NCBI GenBank assembly: GCA_018304105.1
Contig: JAGVWX010000019.1
Location: 1,411-65,410, forward strand
DNA from: Candidatus Pacearchaeota archaeon
GTDB lineage: Archaea; Nanobdellota; Nanobdellia; Pacearchaeales; GW2011-AR1
DNA: 64,000 nucleotides
Direction of reading: 5' to 3'
The notes beneath the pieces were generated by a model. The model saw only the letters and a program-made list of their open reading frames with translations, searched no databases and had not been told where the DNA came from. Position 1 is the first letter of the stretch. Each line of letters opens with the position of its first letter. Positions 1 to 9,265 of the stretch are shown in pieces. The position numbers and the translations under genes are program-made.

Positions 1-155
1 CTATTTCGCATAGAAAGTTACAAAAGGTGTATATAATGATACAAAATAAGATATCTTGTCCAAATTATAACCATATGTTGTATAAAATATTACAAAATCT
101 GTAACTATAGGTACAAAATAGTAATATTTATAAACTCTAAAGCAGTAGATATGCT

Positions 156-1397
156 ATGGTCACTAAATATGATATCTTTGAGATTATTTATAAAAATAGG
201 GCGTCACTTAAACCAATAGAAGTAGTTAGAAAACTCAATAAAGACGAAAGAGAATATCACGCAATACACAGATGTCTAAGAGAGCTTGTAAATGAAAAAT
301 TGCTGATAAAAAAGAAAGGGGGATTTCAGGCAGAAATCTCAAAGAAATCAGAATCGCTGTATAATTTAATCTTTTATTGTATAAAAAATGGAATAAATTA
401 TAATCTTATTTTAGATAAAAACTTTGCACAGTTTATCAGCAAGGCCTTACAAAAAGAAGAAATTAATTCTAAAAATATAAAACTTAATCCAAGAACAGCC
501 AAGAAATACGTTGATATCTTGGACAAGTACAGCATGATTCTCATAATTTCTGAGAAGCCGCTAAGAGCTAAAATATTTTACAATGTTCTCCTTAACAATC
601 TGCTGATATATTTTGAATACAAACATTCGGTTCTTACTGAAAGTTCAAAAAGTTATACTTCCGAGATAAAGAAAGAATTAGGGATATATAGAAAATTAAG
701 AAAGAAGGATGAATCGAGATATCAGAAGATAATGAGCGAATTTGAGGCATCATTTATTTATCATAGTCTTTCTTTGGAGGGAAATCCTATAACTCTCCCA
801 GACACAATTAAAATTCTGAGAGACAAATTAATGCCTGCAAACTTAAAGACGGCAGATGTTGATGAAATAAAGAATTATCAAGAGGCTATGCTTCAGATGC
901 TAAAAGACGCAAGTGAAAGAAAACCTCTCAGTTTGCAGTTAATTCTAGATTACCACAAGATTGCAATGAGACATCGTTCACATTTAGCAGGAGGGATTAG
1001 AGCAATTCCGGTGTATATTAAAGGAAATCCCGACTTTAAAACTATTCCTCCCGAGAAGATTAGAGAAGAGCTAGAAAAGCTGTTTGATAAGTACAATGAA
1101 TTTATTAAAAAGAAAAACGTGCCTTTAGAGGAAACATTAAAATTTGCAGTTTATTTTCATAATGAATTTCAGCATATTCATCCATTCGAAGATGGTAATA
1201 GCAGAACAACAAGGCTAATTACTTTTCACTTGTTACAATCTTTAGACATTCCTATACTGGATATTCCATTCGGTCTGCTCGATGAATACTTGAACTACGC
1301 AAAGGGCTCAAAAAGTAGAGAAGATACAAAGTTATATCAAAGCTTTCAAAAGATAATCTTATTTAATCTTAAGAAGATAAATAAGAGATTTGATTAG
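156..1397 (+). CDS. Fic/DOC family protein (putative AMPylase) with N-terminal winged-helix-like region
   Basis: 413-aa ORF. HPFEDGNSRTTR matches the Fic core HxFx(D/E)GNGRxxR with one G->S change. The N-terminal ~60 aa look like a wHTH. TATA-like aatatttataaac lies ~22 nt upstream of the ATG. Confidence 0.85.
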   Translation: MVTKYDIFEIIYKNRASLKPIEVVRKLNKDEREYHAIHRCLRELVNEKLLIKKKGGFQAEISKKSESLYNLIFYCIKNGINYNLILDKNFAQFISKALQKEEINSKNIKLNPRTAKKYVDILDKYSMILIISEKPLRAKIFYNVLLNNLLIYFEYKHSVLTESSKSYTSEIKKELGIYRKLRKKDESRYQKIMSEFEASFIYHSLSLEGNPITLPDTIKILRDKLMPANLKTADVDEIKNYQEAMLQMLKDASERKPLSLQLILDYHKIAMRHRSHLAGGIRAIPVYIKGNPDFKTIPPEKIREELEKLFDKYNEFIKKKNVPLEETLKFAVYFHNEFQHIHPFEDGNSRTTRLITFHLLQSLDIPILDIPFGLLDEYLNYAKGSKSREDTKLYQSFQKIILFNLKKINKRFD

Positions 1398-1533
1398 AAA
1401 CTATCTTTACTTCAAATGATTCACTATTATTCTGTGTTGATCCGAATATCGCCGGGAAAATAATTAAAAAAGACCTGCCCAATTTAGAAAAACAAATTAA
1501 GAAGATAAAAGAAGAATTAATAAAGCAAAGCAG

Positions 1534-2031
1534 ATGAATGTTAAAATGAAATATATACTTATTGCAGGAGTTGTAATCGTTTTAGCGTTTTTAGGAGTTT
1601 TATACTTCATCCCTTTAGGAATTGAGCCCCTCACAGAACTATATCTTGAAAACCACACTTCTCTCCCAGTCAACGTTTATCTGAACAAGACATATAATTT
1701 CTCTTTTACAACTCACAATCTGGAATATCAGAAGGTTGAATATGGCTATAGTATTAAATCTTTTGACGTTAATGACATCCTTCTCTTCAAAATTGACGAA
1801 GGAAAATTCATCCTTTTTAATAACGAGAGTAAAACCATCAATGAAGATTATATTTTTAATGAGCCTTTCAACAGAGCAAAGCTCCAAGTTAAAATAACTA
1901 AAAACCTAATCGGAACGCCCGAATTCAAAAGAAGATTATGGTGGCCTGACCCAAATTATCCAACCGAAATAGACATACATTTCTGGGTGGATGAAATCGT
2001 GCAGACAAAGATAATTATTACTCCGGATTAG
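1534..2031 (+). CDS. membrane-anchored hypothetical protein
   Basis: 165-aa ORF with an N-terminal hydrophobic helix (YILIAGVVIVLAFLGVLYFIPL) and N-x-S/T sequons. No recognisable family. Confidence 0.5.
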   Translation: MNVKMKYILIAGVVIVLAFLGVLYFIPLGIEPLTELYLENHTSLPVNVYLNKTYNFSFTTHNLEYQKVEYGYSIKSFDVNDILLFKIDEGKFILFNNESKTINEDYIFNEPFNRAKLQVKITKNLIGTPEFKRRLWWPDPNYPTEIDIHFWVDEIVQTKIIITPD

Positions 2032-2157
2032 ATGTGCGATTCTGTTAAAAATCTTTTTGTGGTTGGTTTAGGAATCCCCCAATTCGAATTTGACCTAACG
2101 GTCAAAAACCCACCTTCCGCCCAGATAGTTTCGACATTTAGTTAATGAGCTACTGTT

Positions 2158-2367
2158 ACGCGCCGCAATTGGACGCCTGTTCAAGAGACAAGGTCAACGA
2201 CATTCGTCGTTGAGGCACTGACGAAGTCATTCGTTTCACTCATGAGGCAGCCAGCTGGCGTCTTAATCATTTGGCTCATTTGAACTTGGTCAACTCCTTT
2301 CAGTCGTTGAGGCACTGACGAAGTCATTCGTTTCACTCATGAGGCAGCCAGTTCGCCAAGCGATGCG
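2158..2367. repeat. copy of the dispersed hairpin element (core aattggacgcc) interrupted by two 49-bp direct repeats
   Basis: The hairpin arms gacgcc (2172-2177) and ggcgtc (2257-2262) are separated by 79 nt here, versus 13-14 nt in other copies. The 49-mer gtcgttgaggcactgacgaagtcattcgtttcactcatgaggcagccag occurs at 2206-2254 and 2303-2351. Flanks are homologous to 51340-51500. Confidence 0.8.
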
Positions 2368-2545
2368 TTAATTAGTTAATTGTCAGTCGAATTATTCGTT
2401 GCAAACGATTCTAATTTTGGTAGTTTCAGAATCTCGCTCGAATTTAACTTTTTTAACCGGTATATAATAACTACATACTGGTAGCTAAAAAACCTATATC
2501 TTGGAAAGTAACAATCCTTATAAATAAATTTGTTATCAAAACATA

Positions 2546-3292
2546 ATGACAAAAAACTCACAGTTTGTTTATATTTTCTTAGTCTTAACAGTTCTCTCCT
2601 TAAATTTAGCAAACGCGCAGGCATTAGTCGCTGGAAAAGTTTACAATGCAGACTTTAGTGATATTCTTTCTGGCGTAAATGTTAAAGTTGTTTGCAATAA
2701 CGCAGAACCTTCGAATACAATCACTCTTGGAGACGGGACTTATGCTGTTCGTTTTGAAGAAACAGAATGCAATGAAAGCGATAGCGTGAGTGTCGTTGCA
2801 AGCAAATCCGGTTTCCAGGATAAATCAGGCTCTGGGACTATAAGTCGATGCGAGGGTACAGATTGCGAAGAGCCATACGTTACAATTATTAATCTGGGGA
2901 TGAAAACTCAGACGTCCAACGGAGGAAATACTGGCGGTGGAAGCAGTGGAAGACACTATTTATGCGGTAACGGAAAATGTGATAGCGGAGAGAGTGTAAA
3001 TACATGTCCTAAAGACTGCAAGACAATCGAACTATTAACGCAAACGACCAACACAACAGCTAATGCAGATGATGAAGAAACAACAGGAACGCAAGCAACA
3101 AGAACTGAAATTCCTGAAGAAACTTTGTCAGAAACAACTAACGCAAGCTCTTTCCCAGGAATAACCGGTGCAGTAATCGGAACTCTAGGAGCTGCCGGAA
3201 CATTTCTCATCATAGTATTCCTAATTGGAATAATTGCTGCTGCCATTACAGTAAGAATTATTAGAAAGAGAAACAGATTTCAGGAATTTTAA
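2546..3292 (+). CDS. secreted, C-terminally anchored surface protein
   Basis: Signal peptide (LVLTVLSLNLANA). Carboxypeptidase-regulatory-like stretch (VAGKVYNADFSDILSGVNVKVV...GDGTYAV). CGNGKCDSGESVNTCPKDC motif, Thr-rich linker, then ITGAVIGT followed by a TM helix and RKRNR. Confidence 0.6.
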   Translation: MTKNSQFVYIFLVLTVLSLNLANAQALVAGKVYNADFSDILSGVNVKVVCNNAEPSNTITLGDGTYAVRFEETECNESDSVSVVASKSGFQDKSGSGTISRCEGTDCEEPYVTIINLGMKTQTSNGGNTGGGSSGRHYLCGNGKCDSGESVNTCPKDCKTIELLTQTTNTTANADDEETTGTQATRTEIPEETLSETTNASSFPGITGAVIGTLGAAGTFLIIVFLIGIIAAAITVRIIRKRNRFQEF

Positions 3293-3299
3293 ATAAATT

Positions 3300-4670
3300 C
3301 TAAGTCGCGCGCCGCAACCAAAACAATCCAATAAACTCGCTTAGAAATATTCTGTTTAGATTTTTGGCTGGGACGACTTCTCTGACTTCTTTAATTCTAT
3401 GAACAAACAGCGTGACGGAAAGAAAACGCAACAGCGCGCTTAGGATGAAAATCCAGACAATCCCGGAAATTCCAAGCGCAACTCCGCTAAATGACGAGAG
3501 TGCCCCGCCGAGGGTTGCGCCGATAAACGCCCCGAGGGAGTTTAGGATTCCAGTGTAAGCAGAAATAAGCGCGAGCCTTTCTCGCGTGATTGCATGAAAC
3601 ATGAAAGTCCACGTTGCCAAATTAAATCCTGCCCAGACAATACCTGAAAAAGATTCAACAAGAATAAGATAAATGACGACGAAAGAGGTATGTAAACTTG
3701 CCATAAAAATTGTCAGCACCCACAACGCCGGAATCACCCATATCAAATAACCGGAGAATTTGAATATGGCGACATTGCCGTACCGCTCAATCAACCTTCC
3801 CCAGAACTGTATAGTTAAAAGTGTCGTGATAATCGGAGCAACCAATATCATTGTGAAGGCAAAATAATTCAAGCCAAGGTTTTTTAATTCATAAACTACA
3901 AAGAACGGCGATGCAACTGCCGTCGAGAAAGAAACCAGCGCCCAAAAAATCGCGAAGCGCCCGAAATTATTCGATGACATCTTTCGCAGAAATTGCCAGA
4001 AACTGAAATAATAGCCCTCGCTATGCTGTAACTTGGGTTCGTATTTTTTCGTGAACATATAAGCAGAGAAACTTCTTCCTAGAAACGCGACAAAAAGAAT
4101 AATCGCAAATCCTGCAAATACATTGAACGGCGTGAGAAAATACAAAACTAATCCGGCAATTCCTGTGCTCAGCAGGCCGACAATTCCGCAAACCTTGCTT
4201 CTTCTCCCAAAATAAGAATCTGCGTTTTTTATGACGATGTCTTTCATCCATGAGCTCCAGGCAGGACCGACAAACGAACCGGCGACGCTTAGGATAGTGT
4301 ATAAAACGATGACTAAAACCGAGCTTATAACGGCGGACAGGCCGAAAAAGAAATATGCTATGCCGACGGCAATGAGGGGAAGCCACAAGATTGCTTGGAT
4401 AGTGACAAACCATAAAAGAATTTTTTTTCTGGAATGTTTTTCGATGGCTCTTGAACCAAATAATTGTGAGATTGTCCCAAGAAGCTGCGGCAGAGCGCTC
4501 AACAAACCAATGTGAGTATTCGTCGCGCCAAGCGCGAGAGCATACGGAGTAATATATTTTGAGCCAAAGCCGTCCATCACGGAAGCGGCACTTCCTTCAA
4601 CGATGCTTATTTCTGCTGCTTTCTCGCGAAGTTTCTCGTCTTTTAATTTTTTCTCTTCCATGACTGGCAT
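3300..4670 (-). CDS. MFS-type transporter
   Basis: 456-aa polytopic membrane protein with about 12 hydrophobic helices. Clear paralog of the partial gene at 63306-64000 (VESFSGIVWAGFNLATW vs LEIFSGFAWAGFNHATA). Confidence 0.65.
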   Translation of the reverse strand: MPVMEEKKLKDEKLREKAAEISIVEGSAASVMDGFGSKYITPYALALGATNTHIGLLSALPQLLGTISQLFGSRAIEKHSRKKILLWFVTIQAILWLPLIAVGIAYFFFGLSAVISSVLVIVLYTILSVAGSFVGPAWSSWMKDIVIKNADSYFGRRSKVCGIVGLLSTGIAGLVLYFLTPFNVFAGFAIILFVAFLGRSFSAYMFTKKYEPKLQHSEGYYFSFWQFLRKMSSNNFGRFAIFWALVSFSTAVASPFFVVYELKNLGLNYFAFTMILVAPIITTLLTIQFWGRLIERYGNVAIFKFSGYLIWVIPALWVLTIFMASLHTSFVVIYLILVESFSGIVWAGFNLATWTFMFHAITRERLALISAYTGILNSLGAFIGATLGGALSSFSGVALGISGIVWIFILSALLRFLSVTLFVHRIKEVREVVPAKNLNRIFLSEFIGLFWLRRAT

Positions 4671-4685
4671 TAATACATAAGTTTT

Positions 4686-4749
4686 GTGCGCTGCAATTGG
4701 ACGCCCTTTTTTGAGGCTGTCGTCTTAATTATTTAGCTCAGCAGCGCAC
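4686..4749. repeat. structured dispersed element (9-bp outer inverted repeat around the aattggacgcc core)
   Basis: gtgcgctgc (4686-4694) and gcagcgcac (4741-4749) are perfect reverse complements. They enclose caattggacgcc...cgtcttaattatttagctca, homologous to 51388-51464. Confidence 0.75.
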
Positions 4750-4847
4750 CAACTTAATGATTTTCCTTTATTTAGAAATGGGAGTTTAAAAATTGTGACT
4801 AATTACAGCGTGATAATCTTTATTAATCTAGAAAGAGTAATGGGAGA

Positions 4848-6872
4848 ATGAAAAAGAGTGGTGCATATTTGCTTTTGGTTTTTTTAGTTGTCGCGGTTGT
4901 GGGAATTGTGGTTTATTCATTTATAGTTTTTAGACCTTCGGAAGAAGCAGGAGAAGAGATTATGCTCGCACCTTTGACAATTCATTTTCCGGCAAATTGT
5001 TCAGATTTTGAGATAAAGGCGGTTTGGGACAGCGTGTTTCTGGTTTCTTCAGATAATATTTACATAGCCACTAATAACACTGGAACTGGTGCCTGTACTG
5101 CATTTTATGCATATAAAAGTTTGAGTAGCAATGCGACTTACGTGATGGGGGGTTATGCAGTCCGCGATAACAGCGGAATAAACGGTCCATATGTGGAAAT
5201 CAATTCGTCTAATGTATTTTATTTTTATGGAAATTTAACTTTTGTTGATACGGAGTTCTTGAATTTTACTTCTGATTTAGTTGGAAATCCATTTTATATT
5301 TTTGCTATCTTGGGTGTTGGCGCTTATTTTGATGCGGGGGCATATAACTGGACTCAGGTTCCAATTGAACCATATGAGAAATTTAAATCACAGTTTAATT
5401 ATATGAATGATTCGGCTTTTGTTTGGTCGTCGCCATTGTTTACGATAGATGAATCGACTTCAATGAGCTCTTCGGGAATTACTGGAACTAACAAAACTCT
5501 TCAAGTTAATTCTACTGTTTCCGCTTTAGTTCATGGTTACAATCAAACTATGGCTTATATCGGATCAACTACTCGTGCAATTCAGTGTTCTCCGAATTGG
5601 ACATGCACAGACTGGGGTGCTTGCAATGGAACTGTTCAAAACAGAACATGCACGGACCAAAGAAACTGCGGTATCGCATATGGCAGACCGTCGCTAACTC
5701 AAAGTTGTAGTTTAGCATGCATGCCGAACTGGACTGCAGTTAACGCGACTACTATATGCAATTCAAATGAAACTTTTGTTATATGGTATAATGACACGAA
5801 AAGGTGCGCGAATATGACGAGGCCGGCAAACACAACAGGATATTGCGATTATGGAAATAACGGTTTGATAGGAAAGCTCAGCGATATAGCGCATGATAAT
5901 CTGGATGTTGACGCCTTGAAGATTAATAACAGCGCAGTTAACTATTCAAAAAATTATACGGGCGATAAATATGTAGAATTGATTGAGGATGTTGATGATG
6001 TTGATATTGTAAGGGTGCGATTTAGATATGACTTTGACGATGGGCCTTTGAATTTGAAGACTGTCAGGATTGAAAAGCAAGACGATGAATCTGAATTTGG
6101 CTATCTTATTGTTGACGGGCTTGATGTCACCAATAAAGATTTTAGAGTTGATAAAATTTATGACTCTGGTGCTGTGTGCGTTAAGGATTACGCAATAACC
6201 AATATTAATGAGATAGATGACGAATGCGAAGGAAATGACGAATATATTATAGTTTGTCCCGGGAAAAGCGGAGAATTTAATTGCAGTGACGGGGGAAGCG
6301 GAACTTATCTCGTCAGAGGATTGGATAATTCAGGGGTTAGAGAGCTAGCAGATACGGTTTCGACTACTACGACAACCACTACAACTGCCTCGCAAGGGAG
6401 CCCGGCTTGCCAAGTAGATTGGGATTGCGGGCTTTGGGGCGATTGCGTTGGAGGAGTGCAAAAAAGACTTTGCACAGACCTAAGCACTTGTCCTGGCACG
6501 AACAAGAGCTACAACCAAACTCAAGCGTGCACTGAAGGCTGCACTCCAAGTTGGAAATGTGGAAATTGGACGTCTAAAGATTGCGGACCGGGAGAGGAGC
6601 AGAACCAGGAATGCACGGATTTGAACGGATGCGAAGCAGATCAAACAAGGACAAGAGACTGTCCTGAGGATGGAGGCGGAGGAATTGACTGGATGCTTAT
6701 CGGAATTGTAATTGCTGCCGCAGTTATTGTATTGGCTGCGATTATATTGATAATTGTTGTGAAAAAAAGGAGAAATGCCAGAGTATCTGAAGAAAATTCT
6801 ATAGTGCTGCAAAAGCCACTCGCGGGAAATTTTAATCCAACGCATTACGGTGGGCAGGGTTTTGGAAGATGA
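4848..6872 (+). CDS. large Cys-rich surface protein with TSP1-like W-x-C-x-x-W-x-x-C modules and a C-terminal TM anchor
   Basis: 674 aa with an N-terminal TM/signal and many N-x-S/T sequons. Four modules such as CSPNWTCTDWGACNGTVQNRTCTDQRNC and CQVDWDCGLWGDCVGGVQKRLCTDLSTC. Poly-Thr tract. C-terminal helix followed by KKRRN. Confidence 0.7.
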   Translation: MKKSGAYLLLVFLVVAVVGIVVYSFIVFRPSEEAGEEIMLAPLTIHFPANCSDFEIKAVWDSVFLVSSDNIYIATNNTGTGACTAFYAYKSLSSNATYVMGGYAVRDNSGINGPYVEINSSNVFYFYGNLTFVDTEFLNFTSDLVGNPFYIFAILGVGAYFDAGAYNWTQVPIEPYEKFKSQFNYMNDSAFVWSSPLFTIDESTSMSSSGITGTNKTLQVNSTVSALVHGYNQTMAYIGSTTRAIQCSPNWTCTDWGACNGTVQNRTCTDQRNCGIAYGRPSLTQSCSLACMPNWTAVNATTICNSNETFVIWYNDTKRCANMTRPANTTGYCDYGNNGLIGKLSDIAHDNLDVDALKINNSAVNYSKNYTGDKYVELIEDVDDVDIVRVRFRYDFDDGPLNLKTVRIEKQDDESEFGYLIVDGLDVTNKDFRVDKIYDSGAVCVKDYAITNINEIDDECEGNDEYIIVCPGKSGEFNCSDGGSGTYLVRGLDNSGVRELADTVSTTTTTTTTASQGSPACQVDWDCGLWGDCVGGVQKRLCTDLSTCPGTNKSYNQTQACTEGCTPSWKCGNWTSKDCGPGEEQNQECTDLNGCEADQTRTRDCPEDGGGGIDWMLIGIVIAAAVIVLAAIILIIVVKKRRNARVSEENSIVLQKPLAGNFNPTHYGGQGFGR

Positions 6873-6909
6873 GGCAGAAGATTTTTAAATGAACTACTGA
6901 TAGATTTTT

Positions 6910-7539
6910 ATGAGAAATTTACATTCTTTGGTTGGCGCGGCTGCAGGGCTTGCGATTTTTGTTGGAAGTTCTGGATGTTATTCGCCGAAGCCGATGCCGC
7001 GTTTTTTACCAGAGCAAATGAGTTATTCGACTGGAGACAGGGAATTAAAAGTTCATGTTGAACCGATTGATACAAAACCTGAGAATGAAATGATTTTCGG
7101 AGAGAATGTAAACGGGAAAGGATTTGCGCCGTTTGTTTTTGTTTTTGATAATCGCGCGGGAGAAAGAATTAGAATTCCGAGGGGAGGAATTGAGTTTATC
7201 AACGGAGATTGTTCGTGGGTTCAGGTTTCTGGTGCGGATGTTGCGCGCGGATATGAATCGAGAGGAAAAATTGCGACGACTGCCACATTTGGCTGGATGA
7301 AACCAATCGTGATGGCGAGTGCAATAAATAACCAAGCTAAGAGAGAAGGAGATTATGATAGAAAGGTAATGGATTCACAAGTCTATGTTGCTGCTGGTTC
7401 GAGTGTTCAAGGGTTGATTGTTTACAAACCGAGAAAAAAAGATGGGAATGTTGATGAGAGAATGAATAGCGGAAGATTTATAATCCCATATTATGCTGGA
7501 GAAGAAAGAAGAGAAACAACTCTTCAACTTGGAAAATGA
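6910..7539 (+). CDS. putative lipoprotein (paralog pair, member 1)
   Basis: N-terminus LAIFVGSSGC is lipobox-like. Shares the V-x-VEP-x-x-TK-x-E-x-E pattern with the next gene. Its stop overlaps the next start by 4 nt. Confidence 0.6.
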   Translation: MRNLHSLVGAAAGLAIFVGSSGCYSPKPMPRFLPEQMSYSTGDRELKVHVEPIDTKPENEMIFGENVNGKGFAPFVFVFDNRAGERIRIPRGGIEFINGDCSWVQVSGADVARGYESRGKIATTATFGWMKPIVMASAINNQAKREGDYDRKVMDSQVYVAAGSSVQGLIVYKPRKKDGNVDERMNSGRFIIPYYAGEERRETTLQLGK

Positions 7540-8246
7540 ATAGAACACTTACGGCGCTGGTGATGGCGACAGGATTGGTTGTGAATTCTGGATGCGGTAT
7601 AACATTAAGAAAAACTCCGAATATTCCTTTTGAGACTTGTGCGAATCGTTATGAAGAGCGCGGAGTTAGAATTGGGGTTGAGCCGTTCGAAACGAAACAA
7701 GAAACTGAAAAGGACTGGTATTGGGAAATTGTCCCTAGAGGTTTTGTGCCGGTTTATGTTTGTGTTCAAAGTGATCCTAACTCTTTTTCTCCGGTTGATA
7801 TTCATGCGACTGAAGCGAGATTTGTTGGCTCTGACGGAACGCAATGGAGTTATGTTTTGCCGTTGGAAATGACTGCGAAGTTTAACAGAAAAGTTGACGC
7901 TGGAAATGTTGCAGTGGCGGTTGCTGGGAGTTTGCTTCTTCCTGGTTTTGGTCTTGGTTTTGCGATTGGAGCGGCGATTGGTGACGCGCAACTTAAAGCA
8001 ATCGAGAGAAATTTTGTCGAGAAAACTTTTAGAGAAAATTTTGAAGTTGCGCCTGGAGGAGAATCGCGCGGATTTGTTATTATGGGGCGCGATGGAATTG
8101 AGCAAGGAGCGCCGGCGAAATTTAGTTATGGCGGAACCGAGGGTGGAACTTTTTATCTTCCTATTGGTTTAGATGGAAAAGTTGAAGAAGTGGAATTTGT
8201 TTTCGGACCCGAGGGAAATGTTTATGACAGAATAGGGAAGAAATAA
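7536..8246 (+). CDS. putative lipoprotein (paralog pair, member 2)
   Basis: N-terminus GLVVNSGC is lipobox-like. IGVEPFETKQETE parallels VHVEPIDTKPENE in the upstream gene. Translationally coupled to it. Confidence 0.6.
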   Translation: MNRTLTALVMATGLVVNSGCGITLRKTPNIPFETCANRYEERGVRIGVEPFETKQETEKDWYWEIVPRGFVPVYVCVQSDPNSFSPVDIHATEARFVGSDGTQWSYVLPLEMTAKFNRKVDAGNVAVAVAGSLLLPGFGLGFAIGAAIGDAQLKAIERNFVEKTFRENFEVAPGGESRGFVIMGRDGIEQGAPAKFSYGGTEGGTFYLPIGLDGKVEEVEFVFGPEGNVYDRIGKK

Positions 8247-8262
8247 TTTTATAAATATTAGA

Positions 8263-8895
8263 TTAGTTCTTCATCCAACTTCTTTCCCAGCTTCTGACTT
8301 CGTGTTCGTCGAGAGAGACATTGAATTTTCTTTTTTTCATGAGAAGTTTTCTGTAAAGGAAGCCGAAGAGGATGCCGAAGAACATTCCAGATAGATGGGC
8401 GATGTTGCCAGTGTTGTTTAATGGGTTGTTTGTGAAGAAGCCGTAGGCGCCGAGGATGTCTGCTGCTGCCCAGACTATTCCTGCGACGAACATTGGCATT
8501 GGTATGCTGTAAACCCAGACGACCATTAACGGGCGGAGGATTATTAAAGCTCCGAGAATTCCGAAAATAGCTCCAGACGCTCCGAGAGAAGAGTCGTAAA
8601 AATTTACCGCGATTAGATTTGCTAAAATTCCTGTTGTGAAAAAGACGACAAGAAATCTTTTGCTTGAGATAAGGCTTTCAAGGATTGAGCCGAAAAGGAC
8701 GAGGGCGAAGAGATTTAGTAGGAGGTGGGCGATGCCGCCGTGAAGGAAAATCGCGGTGACGAAACGCCAAGGTTGCTGCCAGGAAGTTTGGTCTAAGACG
8801 AGAATGTCTATGAAACTGGAGAATAAAATTTGAATTATGAAAATTAAAATCATTAACAAACAGAGTTTGAGTGCGTAAAAGCGGAAGCGTTTCAT
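8263..8895 (-). CDS. rhomboid family intramembrane serine protease
   Basis: 210 aa, six hydrophobic helices. HGGIAHLLLNLFAL, catalytic GASGAIFGILGA (GxSG) and a downstream AHLSG histidine helix. Confidence 0.85.
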   Translation of the reverse strand: MKRFRFYALKLCLLMILIFIIQILFSSFIDILVLDQTSWQQPWRFVTAIFLHGGIAHLLLNLFALVLFGSILESLISSKRFLVVFFTTGILANLIAVNFYDSSLGASGAIFGILGALIILRPLMVVWVYSIPMPMFVAGIVWAAADILGAYGFFTNNPLNNTGNIAHLSGMFFGILFGFLYRKLLMKKRKFNVSLDEHEVRSWERSWMKN

Positions 8896-8940
8896 GTAAC
8901 TTTTAGTGGATGGAGGTTTATAAAATTCTTGGAAGATTGG

Positions 8941-9055
8941 GTTTGTTGAAAATCTTTTCTATAGGGTTTAAGATTCCCACAGGGATTTCACTTTCAGTGA
9001 AAAACCCACCCTTCCTCGCCCACCCCTTTCGCCCCAATCAAAATAGTAAACCTGT
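8941..9055. repeat. dispersed C-rich box module
   Basis: gtttgttgaaaatct...gattcccaca...cccacccttcctcgcccacccctttcgccccaatcaaaatagtaaa. Homologous modules at 16560-16640, 2041-2135, 20741-20790 and 51281-51330. The listed ORF 8910..9143 across it is considered spurious. Confidence 0.7.
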
Positions 9056-9265
9056 AATTTTTGTTTTTTTAACAAAGCCGAAGGATGGGAAATCTTCTAT
9101 TTTGAAACATTATTTCATTTATGAAATAATGTTACTACTTTGATAAAATGCTACAAGTTTATATATTTGAATCTTTTTCTTTTACGAGGAGTGAAAGCAT
9201 GGCGAACGCCATTCAATCAATTGCGTTCAATAAATTTCACACTATTGAAAGGAGGTTGAAAGAAG

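Noticed and set aside
1417-1537. In-frame coiled-coil-like fragment (...IAGKIIKKDLPNLEKQIKKIKEELIKQSR) ending at the start of 1534..2031.
   Set aside because: No start codon in that frame after the Fic stop. It may be a gene remnant, but this is not supportable as a feature.
2206-2254. ctgacga...gtttc in the 49-bp repeat looked like a hammerhead ribozyme core (CUGANGA...GAAA).
   Set aside because: No stem II between the boxes, no GAAA in the correct orientation, and no cleavage-site triplet context on either strand.
8910-9143. 77-aa ORF between the rhomboid gene and the surface operon.
   Set aside because: It is composed of the dispersed C-rich repeat module and has no start context.
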